A stretch of 64,000 nt of DNA from Octopus vulgaris. Lineage: Eukaryota. The notes below the pieces were generated by a model. That model worked only from the letters and a program-made list of their open reading frames with translations. It was not told where the DNA came from and did no database searches. The stretch lies in assembly GCA_951406725.2 (NCBI GenBank), contig OX597819.1:100440001-100504000 (forward strand), written 5' to 3'. How positions within the stretch are numbered: position 1 is the stretch's first letter; every line of letters starts with the position of its first letter. Positions 15,193-30,439 of this stretch are shown here, one piece after another. Made by a program: the position numbers and the translations under genes.

Positions 15193-16679
15193 GTCGAAAA
15201 GATATGTATCTTTTCAATGATTTGGTGCTTGTAAAAAATATTGATTTCATATTTATGGAAATACATATTGATGAATAAAAACAAAAGGTGGGTAGAAACC
15301 TTTGGAATTACATGCGTAGAATGGGATTGAAAAATTTGAGTAAAAGGTAGAATTGATTAGTAGGAAAATAAAACGGTAGAATGGATGAAATTTAGCTGTT
15401 TCTAAGACAAATTTTTAAGGGAAATTACGTCGGATTACAGAAACAAAGAAGAGAGAATTACATAAAAAAAAATTAATAACCGGCTTAAATTTATAGAAGA
15501 AAAACGTAAGTATTAGGAAAGTATTTTAGACTTTAGAAAGAATTTTAGTGGAGGGAAGATAATAGGAAATAAATGAGAGTTGAGTAGGAAAATATAAGCT
15601 TTCCATACGGACTGCTAATACTCAAGGTATAGAATCTTAAAGTAGAGTTTGCTAAAAATGTTTATAAAGTAAGTAAAGTTAAGGAAATATTGAAAGGGAT
15701 GATTAAAGAATTAAGGGGAAAGATATCATACAAAAGAAGAGAAGGAATGAATTGAATAACTTTAGTAAATAATATAAAAAGGGATAATAAATGTGGTTAT
15801 CACAATAAAAAAATAAATAAAAATAAGGAAAACTCTATTAATTAAGGGAAGCTGGAAATTTCTTTAGAAAATGTAAACAAAGACAGAAGTATATGTAAAA
15901 TATTGATAAAACTGACAGGCAAGCTTTTGAAAAACATCAATTATATATAGTAATCTTTCTAACACGGAAACATAAACAAAAGCTAGCTATAGGAATAAAC
16001 TAAAATACGTAAATACCTGTGTGTGCGCAGACACACACGCACACACACATTAATGTGAGTAATTGCGTAATTCCTAAATATGCATATACACCGATTGCCT
16101 ATTTTTCTATCTTCTATCGCACTGTTTGTATAGCAGCATTCGTATACGAAACAGCGTAACTTTCAGTGCTGGCTCAATATTACGCATTGCCCGTGCGATA
16201 TCTTATAGCTTCTTCAAAGGCATTTAGAGGAAAAAAAAAACTTTCTGTGGCAGAAACAGTTGTATGCTGGAGGAAATGATTATGTAACTGATGTTCTTTC
16301 ATTGAATCGCGAGACTCAAACTCAACCATGCTCTAGCCATATATTTTGCTAAGATCCTCTCCGTCCTGTCCTACATATTCGCACTCCATCTTTGAATTTC
16401 TCGCACGCGGGTTCATTATCCGTCCACCCAGTGCCCGAGATTGTGAGTGCAGGGCTTCAGGGCCATGGCTTGGTATCAATTCATGCACAAGTATATTAAT
16501 ATTTCCATAGCTGTGTGAAACTTGTTATGTAATACATTTACTAGTCCCTTTTTTGAAAGAAGAACGATAATATTTTCATGTCCTTGCTTCATCCACAAAC
16601 TATGAATATGAAGTAAAACGTTGCTTTCTGAAGTAGTTGTCGAGATAACATTATTTGATATATTCATATTTTTATGTAA

Positions 16680-17020
16680 CTATGCTGGAGCACCGCCTTG
16701 AAGGACTTTCAGTTGAATGAATAGACCCTTAATACATATTTATTTTTAAAGCCTATCGTTCTCTTGTGACAAACTGCTAGGTTATGGAGATGGGAGACGA
16801 ACATACATACACAAATATATATTCCTATACAAATACCCCCCCCCCCATATATATATATATATATATATATGACAGGATTCTTCCGGTTTCTATCTACCAT
16901 ATCCACTCAGAAGGTTTTGGTCGGCCCGAAGCTATAGCAGAATACACTTGGCCAAGTTGCCGTGCAGTGGAACTGAACCAGGAACCTTGTGGTTTGGAAG
17001 CAAGTTTCATACCACACAAC
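16680..17020 (-). mobile_element. SINE family B, decayed
   Basis: ATGCTGGAGCACCGCCTT..CCGTGCAGTGGAACTGAACC..ACCACACAACC. Confidence 0.7.
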
Positions 17021-17370
17021 CAAAATTACTCTACATATTTCGTGCTTCAGATATATATATATATATATATATACATATATGCATATATATGCATATATAT
17101 ACATATATATATAGAAATTCAGGGATGAGTACTTGATAATCGTAAGAACCTGTATATACCGTTTGGTGGTGTAGGTGGTGGAGTAATTTATTCATTTATT
17201 TATATTACCTCAACATCCAAACTTCACTCATTCTACATTGAGAGACAGGACGAGATGGACACTTCATTTTTATGCTGTTGCACGCATTATGTCGTACGCG
17301 AATGAGAGGATTTGCATCACCCAACGTAGAATTTTTGATGTAATACATGTCCTTGAGGTAGTAGTTATGC

Positions 17371-17449
17371 GCGGCTGAAGAAGGCCATAGACACACATTA
17401 TGCATTGTTATAAGATCCGTCTAATAAAGGCAAGAAACATATGTACCGC
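17371..17449 (+). ncRNA. Type-I hammerhead ribozyme, canonical core
   Basis: gcgg-CTGAAGA-aggccatagac..gtcta..ggcaa-GAAAC ATAT GTA-ccgc. It lies in a roughly 380-bp insert (17112-17490) between TA-rich tracts. Confidence 0.75.
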
Positions 17450-17556
17450 TGAATCCTTGAAGCATCGTGTTTTTATTTTGATTAATTTACATATATATAT
17501 ATACATATATATACATATATATATACATACATATATATACATATATATACATAAAT

Positions 17557-17669
<113 letters not shown>

Positions 17670-18002
17670 AAGCTTAATTTGTGTTTATCTACCTTACTAT
17701 CTCCATAACAGCTTGATCTGGATTTCTCTTATAGTCACAATTAATACTGTGGCCCTTACTCTGAACGAAAAAGAATGTAAACTGAAATTATTTCGAGCAC
17801 TACAATACACACACACACATACACACACACACAAACACACACACACACACACACACATATATGTGCGTATTTACACACATACACTACGTTTTGAGTTTGG
17901 TTTGCAAGATACTTTATGTGAGTTCGTGTGTTGAAGCTATTTCACACATACACCCCAATTTAATTTGGTTTGCAAATACTTATAGACATGTATGAATGTA
18001 TG

Positions 18003-18033
<31 letters not shown>

Positions 18034-18037
18034 TATG

Positions 18038-18068
<31 letters not shown>

Positions 18069-18253
18069 TTGTTAAATAATTAAATTATGCAGCTAATAAT
18101 GCTTTGTAATAGTGTACAAATACCAATTTCGGTATAGATCTAATTAAAACATATATGCACATAGACTTTCCTCCTTTCCTTCTCTCTGTTTTCCCTCTCT
18201 CTTTGTCTTCTCATACTTACGCTGTCACACAGACACACACACATTTGCTTAAG

Positions 18254-18809
18254 TATTTAGTTATCCGGAAAGTTCGTGCCGAATTTTAATGGAAAGAAAA
18301 AGGTCAATAAATACTTGCCATTACATTTTGAACCATTTTGTTGTACGATGCGTCTCTATCTTTCCCTTAACTTGAAAATACCTTCTTCCAAGAACTGAGG
18401 TGGTTTTATGGCAAATAATTCATCAAGGTATCTTTTTACGTCATCCGAGGAATTGAAATTTTTACCATTAAGACTATTCTGTAGAGACCAGAATAAGTAG
18501 AAATCCGAAAGGAGCAATGTCTGGTGAATATGGAAGGTAGGGTAACACATTGCAGGCGAGCTGCAGCAATTTTCGTCTGGTTCCCAAAGTATCAAGTACT
18601 GAAAATGAACTTTCTTATCTTCCAGTTTAAAGGGTTAGAGTATTAACACAGGTTATAGGAACATAAACCTTCTTCCACGAAAAGACATCTTAAACTGTGC
18701 TCTAAATGGCGGTGTAGTAAAATCCTATTTTATGGACTCAACCATGTTCTAAAATAAGTCGAAAGGTAGGCTACTATAAATCGGCACGAACTTTCCGGGC
18801 AACCTAATA
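18254..18809 (-). mobile_element. Internally deleted mariner (DD34D-type) element
   Basis: TIRs tatttagttatccggaaagttcgtgccga and tcggcacgaactttccgggcaacctaata. C-terminal transposase remnant (PYSPDIAP)SDFYLFWSLQNSLNGKNFNS..GIFKLRER. Confidence 0.9.
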
Positions 18810-19049
18810 CATATCGTTATACATTGCTATACATGTAATCTCATATATAATTTCATGCGTTACATAGATATCTATCGTTTGAGTATAAGATGTCATTTAT
18901 ATAATTTATTACAGTATGGTTTAATGTGTATCTTGTAAAATATACAAGACACATCAGCACATGGCGAAAGACAAAACGTAATTGTAATGCTGTAATATTC
19001 AAATATTCTTCGGCAAAATAAACCTGAAACACTTAATATTGGATTAAAA

Positions 19050-19420
19050 TTTTGGTACAAGGACAGTAACTTTGGTATAGAGTTATAGCAGATAACATCT
19101 TGCTCAGCAGTTAACTGGTTCTTATTTTATCGACTCCAAAGGGGTCAAAGGTGAATTTGAACTCAGAAGGTTAAGACGGATGAAACACCTATTTTTTTAC
19201 TACCCGCAAGGGGCTAAACACAGAGGGGACAAACAAGGACAAACAAACGGATTAATTCGATTACATCGACCCCAGTGCGTAACTGGTACTTAATTTATCG
19301 ACCCCGATAGGATAAAAGGCAAACTTGACCTCGGCGGAATTTGAACGCAGAACGCAGCCGTGGATGAAATACCGTAAGCATTTTGACCGGCGTGCGAAAG
19401 TTTCTGACACCTCACTGCCT
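19050..19420 (-). mobile_element. Two adjacent or nested SINE family A copies
   Basis: A decayed copy at 19050-19190 is followed by a better copy at 19190-19420 (AAGGGGCTAAACACAGAGGGGAC..CTCGGCGGAATTTGAAC). Confidence 0.8.
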
Positions 19421-19519
19421 TGTGAAGCTTTACCTATAATGAAATGATACACCTTATTAAAAAAGTCCAGCAAAAACGCTGCCTTAGTTAAATTCCAAAT
19501 TAAAATTGAGATATAAAAA

Positions 19520-19800
<281 letters not shown>

Positions 19801-19903
19801 GAGAACAAAAGAATGAGAACTCGATATTACATAAATAGAGGATTATCTCTATATGTTATAATGTAGAACAAGGTGCAAAAGATTGTTATTATAGCCGACT
19901 AGA

Positions 19904-20137
19904 AGGCGGCGAGCTGGCAGAAACATTAGCACGCCGAGCAAAATGCTTAGCGGTATTTCATCTGCCGTTACGTTCTGAGTTCAAATTTCCGCCGAGGTCG
20001 ACTTTGCCTTTCATCCTTTCGGGGTCGATAAATTAAGTACCAGTTACGCACTGGGGTAGAGGTAATCAACTTAATCCCTTTGTCTGTCTTTGTTTGTCCC
20101 CTACATGTTTAGCCCCTTGTGGGCAATAAAGAAATAC
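19904..20137 (+). mobile_element. SINE family A, full copy
   Basis: Near-consensus head, core and tail ending GGGCAATAAAGAAATA. A second partial head is at 20241-20326. Confidence 0.85.
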
Positions 20138-20146
20138 ATATTTCAC

Positions 20147-20232
20147 GGGCATATGACGTAGTGGTTAAGACCGCGGTCACTAACCCCAATCGAGTCCGAG
20201 CTCGATTCCAGGCAGTGATCTGAATAAGATGA
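20147..20232 (+). mobile_element. Isolated tRNA-like head of the HHR-SINE family
   Basis: gggcatatgacgtagtggttaag..ctcgattccaggcagtgatctgaataa is homologous to 42576-42655 and 57186-57265. Confidence 0.75.
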
Positions 20233-20341
20233 TATTTTAAAGGCGGCGAGCTGGCAGAAACGTCAGCATGCCGGGCGAAATGCGTAGCCGTATTTCGTCT
20301 GCCGTTACGTTCTGAGTTCAAATTCCGTATTTTATAAGTGA

Positions 20342-20371
<30 letters not shown>

Positions 20372-20381
<10 letters not shown>

Positions 20382-20600
20382 AAATCCGTTCTGTGTGTGT
20401 GTGTGTGTGTGTCTTCCAGGATCTCGGTTATCCTCCATCCGATTGCGCTCAAATTTGATAGGTAGATACCGACGGTGTCAGGGCGTGTATAAGTCTTGAA
20501 AAAATTACAAAAATCGATTCCAGGTGAGAATGCGATCGATAAAGCCGTGGGAACGTGCATTGGTATGCGCAAGCACATCAGCTGTTGCGATCGATACTAC
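20372..20600 (+). mobile_element. Dispersed repeat, possibly non-autonomous Helitron/Helentron-like
   Basis: 20411-20548 is the reverse complement of 38727-38870. It begins tataatataaaa followed by a (TG)n tract. The class assignment is inferred. Confidence 0.55.
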
Positions 20601-21547
20601 ACGTAACGCGAGAAAAAAGCCCGCTGGCTTGAAATGATGCCACAAAATGCAGTATATTTAAGAGACCATAAAAGTAAGATGCAAAAGAGATATTTTCTTC
20701 AAACTTAGCATGAAGGAAGGAAAGACTATTTGGTTTCCCAAGAAGTTTTTTTTTTTGCCTTAACTTTGTTTAACAAAACCAAAAATTTTATTGCAATAAA
20801 GGCATGCTTAATTATTTTTAACGAAAAAAAAATACTGATTGCTTTTTATTCAGCAGATATGATTCAGCGGCGGCAATGTCATAGGTGTAACGTCTTTCAT
20901 CATAATTTTTTTTACCTGCGATTGATCTAGGAATATCTAACAGCAACATAGTTTTAGTCCAACCTAGAAGGGGGAAACTATCTGCCAGTTATTGCACTCA
21001 AATAACCTTCATATTATACTCTAACGTTTGAAGTTAAAAAAGGACATATCAAATATTGATCTATATGCAAACATGCTTACATGCTCACATACGCACATAT
21101 AAACACTCATACGCATAACAACACATATTCAGAGTGTTCGGTCTAAATTTGACAGTTTGCAGAAAAGGAATAAAGAGACAAACATAAAAACAACAACAAC
21201 AACAAAGTTATCCATGGGTTTGCAATTGTGGGTATAAGGTGCCCAGAAATTAGGGCTGGTGCAAGAGTAGAACATTTTCGACAACCACTATGAGATCTTT
21301 CTAGTAACTGATCCTCCGACAATACAAGTGCGTGCTGAAATGTCCCTGGCTTTATAGGTATCACGAAATGCTTGTCTGAATGCTCAAACTTCCAAGTTCT
21401 TTTCAGGGCTTATCAAGACTTAAGTGCTGCTGCAATAAGCGTGTGAATCTCAAGAGGGAAAACATGTTGAATAAAATCACAATTAACAGAACCTCATATA
21501 TTTTCTTTTACCCAAATCCAGGAACTTTACGCACCCGCTCATATTCT

Positions 21548-21964
21548 CGTGAACCAAATACCTATTTCTTTATTATCCACAAGGGGCTAAACACAGAGGG
21601 GACAAACAAGGACAGACATAGGTATTAAGTCGATTACATCGACCCCAGTGCGTAACTGGTACTTAATTTATCGACCCCGAAAGGATGAAGGCAAAGTCGA
21701 CCTCGGCGGAATTTGAACTCACAACGTAACGCAGACGAAATACCGCTAAGCATTTCGCCCGGCGTGCTAACGTTTCTGCCAGCTCGCCGCCAAATACCGT
21801 GAACCAAATACCTATTTCTTTATTACCCACAAGGGGCTAAACACAGAGGGGACAAACAAGGACAGACATCTCACAACGTAACGCAGACGAAATACCGCTA
21901 AGCATTTCGCCCGGCGTGCTAACGTTTCTGCCAGCTCGCCGCCAAATACCGTGAACCAAATACC
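21548..21964 (-). mobile_element. SINE family A plus a tandem, internally deleted duplicate
   Basis: Units 21563-21792 and 21813-21943 are separated and flanked by GTGAACCAAATACC at 21549, 21799 and 21951. Confidence 0.85.
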
Positions 21965-22762
21965 GTAACCCGTAGACCATATGACTTGGGTTTTACAGAC
22001 TAAAATACACAGGTATATATGCAAGCGATTATTTGTGTGCATTTATGAAAGCATTTGTATCTAGACAAAGAATGTAATACATATACATCCACTGCATCGT
22101 GTACATTTGTTTATGGATAATCTTACGTAAAAATCTCATAGTGATTTGTCACCACTCACAAATCCCATGATCAGATTATCGAAATTTAAAGAATCTAAAC
22201 ATATTCATAAGTGAATGGGTAATTCTTTATTTTTTTCAGTAGACTACATGATTACAAATGCTAGCTCAATCTTATAATTTCACGTGAATTTCACAGTTGT
22301 ACAGTAGAACATATCTGTGTGTGTATGTGTGTGTGTGGTTGTGTGTGATTGCGTGTATATGTATGTATATGTGAGGGTATGTGCATGTGTATGTGTGTTT
22401 GTGTGTGTGTGTATTACCTAGTTAGCTATGGGCATGTTTATGCATATGAGTGCTTGTTTGACTATGCAATGCTACTTCAATAAACCTTTATTGAGTATGC
22501 TTGTATGCTAACAGATATGTTTGTATGGGTACCGGCTGCACAAAACTTACAGAGAGTCAAGCCGCAGTTGTCATTCTCCTGCGACGTTTAAGGCATTATT
22601 TATGAAGTTAAGAGGAAGGTTTCGGCAGCGGATGTTAAAACATACTGATTATACATTGTACATACAACTGTTTCCCTTTGATGTTTTGCTTATACTCATA
22701 ACTAATTGATATTACACATTCCAAATGTATTTATGATTTATTTCGAAAAAAACTAAACTCAT

Positions 22763-22766
<4 letters not shown>

Positions 22767-22825
<59 letters not shown>

Positions 22826-22941
22826 GTAACAGCAACAACAACAATAACAATAATAACAAGAAGAACAACAACAACAATAATAATAATAATGATAATAATA
22901 ATAATAGTAATAATATTAATAATAATAATAATAATAATGAT

Positions 22942-23022
<81 letters not shown>
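22767..23022. repeat. (AAT)n/(AAC)n microsatellite
   Basis: Directly visible. Confidence 0.95.
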
Positions 23023-23564
23023 CTGATGCAGTACTGGCTCTCATGGCTTCTGATCTTAACTGATTGGAAGAGTTATCATGTACATTGTTTGTCTTGGTAT
23101 AAAAGATGGGCTACAGCAAATATTCTGCTCAATACCACAGATTTGCTTGTCAGTTGTTTGACCTTAACCAGTTGAGCATGTCCCTTAGTGGCTGACGATA
23201 TGTGCATCTCTGATCACGAGCAGAAGTAGTGGGGGAGCATCATAGCCATGTGTTGAGAGGGATTCTTTGGGGTTTGAATAGTTCACCTCTGGAAACATGG
23301 GTGGTTCTTTCAACATCCTTAAACAACCCTTATTCAGGGACCGTTTGAGCGGGATGGCTACTCAACCTGAAGAAAATTCTAACTGGGCCCCACCTGCAAG
23401 GTCATGTGCTGTTTATTTTGATATGAGATCACCATGTCGCGCGCATATGGTTGTGATGCATGTGCCTGGTGTACCTTTATCAGACGGGTAGTCATGATGG
23501 GTATATTGGGCTTCGTATATTTTACCCCAGTGTCACTTTGATGGCATGAACTGCTCTCTCACTC
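23023..23564 (+). mobile_element. About 540-bp complex insert inside an (AAT)n tract, probably the 3' UTR of a (TAA)n-targeting non-LTR element
   Basis: Sharp boundaries with (AAT)n on both sides and no ORF. Identity and strand are inferred. Confidence 0.5.
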
Positions 23565-23827
23565 AATAATAATAATAATAGTAATAGTAACAGCAACAAC
23601 AACAATAACATAAACAACAACAGCAAGAACAACAATAATAATAATAATTGAGTGAGATTGGCGAATCGACCTGAAAAAATATTAAACGTATTAAAAACGA
23701 ACAGGGAAACCAGGAGCCTGATTCTCGCTGTTCATCCTGCATATGACTTAGATTTATGATATACATACACATATACAAATGACAACAATACACACCCAAA
23801 GCCCACCTACAACCACACACATAAGTG

Positions 23828-24109
<282 letters not shown>

Positions 24110-24177
24110 TTACATACACACACACATACATATATGTTGCACCTGTCCGTATAGACACATACATACTCTCTCACATA

Positions 24178-24260
<83 letters not shown>

Positions 24261-24485
24261 ACCTTCTTATATGTGCATATATGCTTATATGCTTATATGT
24301 GTTTAGTAATATATCAATTTGTGTGTTTTCCACTCTCTCTATCTATTTCTCTCTATCTATACACACACGCTCATTCTCACATTCATAAATTGATGCATGC
24401 ATACATACGTATATGTATACGTACATACATGCATATATATGTACGGATGTATGTATGCATGGCTATACATATATATATGTATATA

Positions 24486-24724
<239 letters not shown>

Positions 24725-25276
24725 CATATATATATATACATATATACATAGAAATCTGCTAGCATATAAACTCATGAATATGTATGTGCAACACTATTCT
24801 CATGCATGTGAAAACTCGTATTAAACTGTTGTAGATGTGTTTCGTTATTGCGTAGGCATCGTGCGCGACGTATGTGCGTATGTATGTGTGCGCGTATGCT
24901 TGTCTATTTTGGCTTCTTTGTATGTTTGCTTACTCCCGCGCTCTTGTAAAACGGATGTAATACTAGAGGTGTACACAAGCTGGTAACTTTGAAATCTATA
25001 CCCCTGGGCTGAAGCACTACAAAGGGAATAGAAATGAGCTCATGTATTTCATTTAAGGACATTCAGTGTAGATTCTTTGCACACCAGCTTTTGGTGAACA
25101 CCTGACGTGGGTACACTATATCTAATTAATTATTGCTTTGACATATTGTCCTTGTAGTTACTATTGTTAATATACCATGTTATAACCGCTACAGTTATTA
25201 CCATTGCGTATAATTAGCGTATTTATTGCTCGATGGTGTTTACTTATGTGCCCTTATGTTATAACCATTCTTTTAT

Positions 25277-25521
25277 TCTTTTATTTGTTTCAGTCATTTG
25301 ACAGCGGCCACGCTGCAGCACCCCAGGATTTATTCTTTGTAAGCCTAGTACTTATTCTATTAGTCTCTCTTGCCGAAGCGTTGAGGGACGGGGACGTAAA
25401 CACACCAGCATCGGCTGTCAAGCGTTGTCGGGATGACAAACACAGACACACAAACATACACACACACAAACACACGCATGCACACATACGTAAGCGCGCA
25501 CACGCACACACACATACATAC

Positions 25522-25555
<34 letters not shown>

Positions 25556-25718
25556 GACGGGCTTCTTTCCGTTTCCGTCTACCAAATTCACTCACAAGGC
25601 TTTGGTTGGCCCGAGGCTATAGTGTAAGACACTTGTCCCAGGTGCCACGCAGTAGGACTGAACCCGGAACCATGTCGTTGGTAAGCAAGCTACCTACCAC
25701 ACAGACATTCCTGCGCCT
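25277..25718 (-). mobile_element. SINE family B, full copy with internal (CA)/(TA) tract
   Basis: Colinear reverse complement of 48530-48930. Confidence 0.85.
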
Positions 25719-26129
25719 ATAAACAATAATCTGTTGAAAATAATGACTGACAGCCGTGATTCGATGGGGAGTATTTTATAAGTTTCATTTCTGTTTTGAA
25801 TACATATGTCGAATCGATGTGATGGGCACCACTGCAGATCTCAGTCGAATTACTCGACAGCCGTGACTATTATCCCAATCGTTCACTGCGGAAAGGGTCA
25901 CAGAAAAAACAAGTAGAGAAAAAATTGTGTGTAGTGGCTAACGATCTATCTAACGATCCATCACGATCTATATATGTATATACATACATATATACGTACA
26001 TACAAACATACATGCATACGTACATATATACATACATACATGCATACATATATATACGTACATACAAACATACATGCATACATACATACAAACTTACATA
26101 ATACATACATGCATATATGCATATATAGA

Positions 26130-26470
26130 CATATGATGCTTGCTCTGAGGTATGATATTGTTGCAATAACTATTTACAATACTGTCCGGAAGAAGGATTA
26201 CCCTGACGTATACATCAAAGGTATGTCAGAACTAGTCGGTATTCACACCTTCAAAAAGAAGGAATACTGGTGGTACATTCCAATATAAAACAGTAGTTTG
26301 GTGCAAACATAATAGACTTTATGAAACAGGGAACAAAGGACATGAACTGTTGTAGAGATCAGCTACCTAGCGGATGTGAATATACCATCAAAACCAAGGA
26401 AAACGAGAATATTTATTGTGAATCAATGTGGAACTTATAGTTCTTGTACCCTGACAATAAATACTCATTT
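26130..26470 (+). pseudogene. Decayed restriction-like endonuclease region of an R4/Dong-type non-LTR retrotransposon
   Basis: Broken frames give KEYWWYIPI..NREQRT*TVVEISYLADVNIP, which resembles the (P)D..VEISCP.D RLE motif. Confidence 0.5.
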
Positions 26471-26819
26471 GTAGCTATTTTCATAGGTGCATTGGGCTAT
26501 GTAACTTCAAATCTACACAAAAATCTAGATATACTAGGTTTTTCGGACAAAGAGCATAAAGGAAAACTGACGTAGGTTCTCCAAATGCAACCTGTTCGTG
26601 GTTCGGTGGGGATTTGTACGACATTTGAAAAAGTCTCCAAGTGAGAATCTTATGTGAATAGATGCACACACTTGGGCGTATACATCGACAGTTTAACGAA
26701 CACATCAACTCAACCACATATTAGCAAATACCGGGAACTTTCTTAACTGAAAACGTCTTGTCGCTTTGTTCCGGTTTGAACTTAAGAACCAATGTAAAGC
26801 TCAAAGAAATGTCTGACAA

Positions 26820-27145
<326 letters not shown>

Positions 27146-27396
27146 ACATTAATATTTAGTGGAAGCAACATAGTCACTCAAGGGCCGAGATATTTAACTG
27201 AATGCAATCAATCTGCAGAGAAGAATATCAATGATTTAATTTTTAATTATGCTCTCGAAAGGTAAGGGAGACAACTATAAAATCCAATTTTAGTAAACAT
27301 TGAATGACAACTCTATGTATAATTCAGATTCATTGACACACTGACTTATCAATATCATGACATTATTTACAAAGGATTTTAAAACAGAACATGCAA

Positions 27397-27477
<81 letters not shown>

Positions 27478-27654
27478 CTCGCACACGTAGGCTATTACAT
27501 AGGTACACGTACGCGCGCATACGCACATTCAGATATAATTTTTGTAATCGGTTTCTGGCACCGAATTTAGAACGAAATCATTCTTCGCTACATGTATTTA
27601 ATTTCCCTGCTATGTTAAGACCACTAAGATACGTGCCTCTGATTCAGAAAGTAA

Positions 27655-27850
27655 AATTTATCTACCTACCTATAAACCTAGCTAGCAACCTACCTACCTA
27701 CCTACCTACCTACCTACCTACCTACCTATCTACCTACCTACCAACATACCTACCTACCTACCTAACTACATATCTACCTATCTACCTATCTACCTACCTA
27801 CATAAATACCTACCTACCTACCTACCAACCTACCTACTTACCTACCTAAC
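27655..27850. repeat. (CCTA)n microsatellite
   Basis: Directly visible. It explains the PTYL repeat ORF. Confidence 0.95.
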
Positions 27851-28113
27851 TATTGATCTATTGACCATCTGTCTGTTCATCTGTCCATCTGTGCATCTGT
27901 CTAACTGTGTAGATTCATGTAGATATGTGTATAGATATATATATGTGTGTGTGTGCGTGTGTGTGTATATATATATATGTATATATGTACGTGTATGCAA
28001 ATACATAAATAATTTATATATATATGTATAAACGTCGATAGATATTTGGATAAATTTTTATGTCTGTATTTATATACACATATATGTATGTATGTATAAA
28101 CACACACATACAA

Positions 28114-28160
<47 letters not shown>

Positions 28161-28777
28161 CACATACGGAGAGAAAGATAAAAGGTGGGGGGAGTGAAAG
28201 AGTGTGAGAGTAAAGAGAAATAACAGAATTGTGTGTGTGTGTGTTTGTGCGCTCGCCCGTGTATGTTGGTTTTGTTGTAGCAGATGGATATCCTAAAAGT
28301 TCAATGTAATTTTTGATGTTTTATTTGCCGTGAGACTTAGATTGTTCTTCTTATAACAATTACTTTATAAGAAACTGCCTCACCCCCCTGTCAACCTTGC
28401 AATATTTCCGGTGATTTTCACTTAACGGTCTTCTCATTTGCTATCATCTTTTGATGCGATTGTCGACTCGTATCACTGATGTATTTTTAAAAAGCTAATT
28501 TGTTAATGAAATGCTGATGTAAATATCTCAGGAACAATGTATATATCAGATTTTTATTTCATTTTCCCATGAATTACTATGTCTGAGAATTCCGGTTTAG
28601 GCCTTTATTTAATAGGCTTGCAGTCAAGACCTTCGTTGGTAATTGTATTGTGATGTCCTTTATTCGTTAGTTTAAAAGCTGATGGAGTACCTTTTCTCCT
28701 CCTTAAGTCCTCTTAATTTAGATTATACGCATAAATCAGGAGAGAGACTTAATGATGTTGATATTCTGACAGCGTAA

Positions 28778-29197
28778 GAAGGTGACCTAGCAGTATCGTT
28801 AGCTTATCGATTTACATTCGAGTTCATATTCTAACGAAGTCGACTTTGATTTTCATCCCTTCGGAGTCGATAAAATAAGTACAATTTGAGGACTGGGGTC
28901 GTTGCAATGGACTTACGCCCTCCCATGTAATTGCTGGTATTGTGTTAAAATTTGAAGCCAATATTCAGAGTGAACAAGGCGGCGATCTGGCAGAATCGTT
29001 AGCATACCTATTCTAATAAAAAGCGCCATTTCGTCCGTCTTAACGTTCTGAGTTCAAATTCTGTTAAGGTCGACTTTGCCTTTCAGTCTTTCGGGTGAAT
29101 AGGATAAGTAGCATTTGAGCACTGGGGTAGAAGTAATCGACTTATCACTACCTCTATCCCGAAATTGCTGGCATTGTAACAATATCTGAAACCAATA
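28778..29197 (+). mobile_element. Two tandem decayed SINE family A copies
   Basis: 28778-28962 and 28977-29197 both have GTCGACTTTG..TTCGG..ACTGGGGT..AATTGCTGG. Confidence 0.75.
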
Positions 29198-29627
29198 TTC
29201 AAACTGAAATGCTGTTATTGCATAAAGAACAAAATGGTCGAGAAAGAATATCTGAAGTGACACTAGATAAATTAATGTTGATTGAGAAATAAAAGTGTTT
29301 GGTAGGATGAGAAATTGATACTGCATCGTGAGAATTTAGGTGAACAGCATTTTATGAGGAATTCCAGACCAGAGGACAGTATAATTATAATTGAAAGATT
29401 ATAAGAGGTGTGTTGATTATACGTGGTTCATGTAAAAATATATTTCTAGATTTTTGAACACTCAACGAAAATAAAACTTATTTTCAAATATTGATGGCAT
29501 GTAAGGGACATCAAAGAGTTTTTGACTTTCTGCTTATCTGTCTGATATCTCTGCCTATATATGTTATCTTTATCTTTTCCTTGTGTCAGTTATTGGGGTT
29601 GCAGTTATGTATGCACACTCCTCCTGA

Positions 29628-29679
29628 ATTTCTGATGAGATGGACGCGTCCTATGCGCCCACGGAATTTTAAATCAGAT
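29628..29679 (+). ncRNA. Decayed hammerhead (GGAA in place of GAAA)
   Basis: attt-CTGATGA-gatggacgcgt cct atgcgcccac-GGAA TTTTAAA TC-agat. Confidence 0.5.
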
Positions 29680-29710
29680 AGAGGTGAGTCAAACTATCAT
29701 ATAATATATA

Positions 29711-30071
29711 TCTATATATATAAAGCTGAATTTGTCTGTATGGCAGGTTTTGTAGCCTTCAACAAACACTATCTCCTCCGAGACACTGCGGCGCAAGTTG
29801 ACCAAAATGATAGAAGAAGGCTTGCTCTTCCTTCCGTAGAAGAAAAAATTCAAATCGGACCATGGTAATACCAAAAATTATTTACATCAAAAAGGTGCTT
29901 TTTTTCAATGAAAATCCCTATTTTTTTACGATTTTTTTCATTGCTGTGTAGCCATTTTTCGGTGAAATTCAACCAGAAAAATGTTCACTTAAAGGGAATA
30001 ACAAGCTACATAATGCAAACTTTTTGCTTTTCAAAAATTCCAATTTTAAATGGTCGAAGAGAAACAAGCTA

Positions 30072-30072
<1 letters not shown>
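29711..30072 (+). mobile_element. Non-autonomous Helitron-like element
   Basis: Begins TCTATATATATAAAGCTG, ends CTAG, and sits between A and T, which are Helitron terminal hallmarks. A 3' hairpin is not clearly seen. Confidence 0.6.
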
Positions 30073-30162
<90 letters not shown>

Positions 30163-30169
30163 CATGGAT

Positions 30170-30325
30170 AAGGCGTCGAATGGGCAAAATGGTTCGCATG
30201 TCAGGTAAAATGCTTAGCGTCATTTCGCTCGTCATTACCTTCTATGTTCAAATTCATCCGAGGTCGACTTTACTTTTCATCCTTTTGAGATCGAAAAACT
30301 AAATACCAGCTATATACCAGGGTTG
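30170..30325 (+). mobile_element. SINE family A, decayed
   Basis: AAAATGCTTAGCG..CCGAGGTCGACTTTACTTTTCATCCTTT. Confidence 0.7.
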
Positions 30326-30439
30326 TATATTTAAGTCGTTCGTGTACACCGGATTCTGGAAAGATCTTCACTATTGCAACTGTATCGAAAGAGAAATTCT
30401 ATTTATATCTAATGTCCGTGCAGATTTGACAACACTACC

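Noticed and set aside
15300-15960. Purine-rich stretch resembling a decayed retroelement ORF
   Set aside because: Many stops and no diagnostic motif that I can identify.
21549-21964. CRISPR-like repeat-spacer pattern
   Set aside because: The 14-bp repeats flank duplicated SINE copies, the context is eukaryotic, and no cas genes are present.
26565-26600. CTGACGT followed by an aggtt/aacct hairpin
   Set aside because: No GAAA or cleavage triplet follows.
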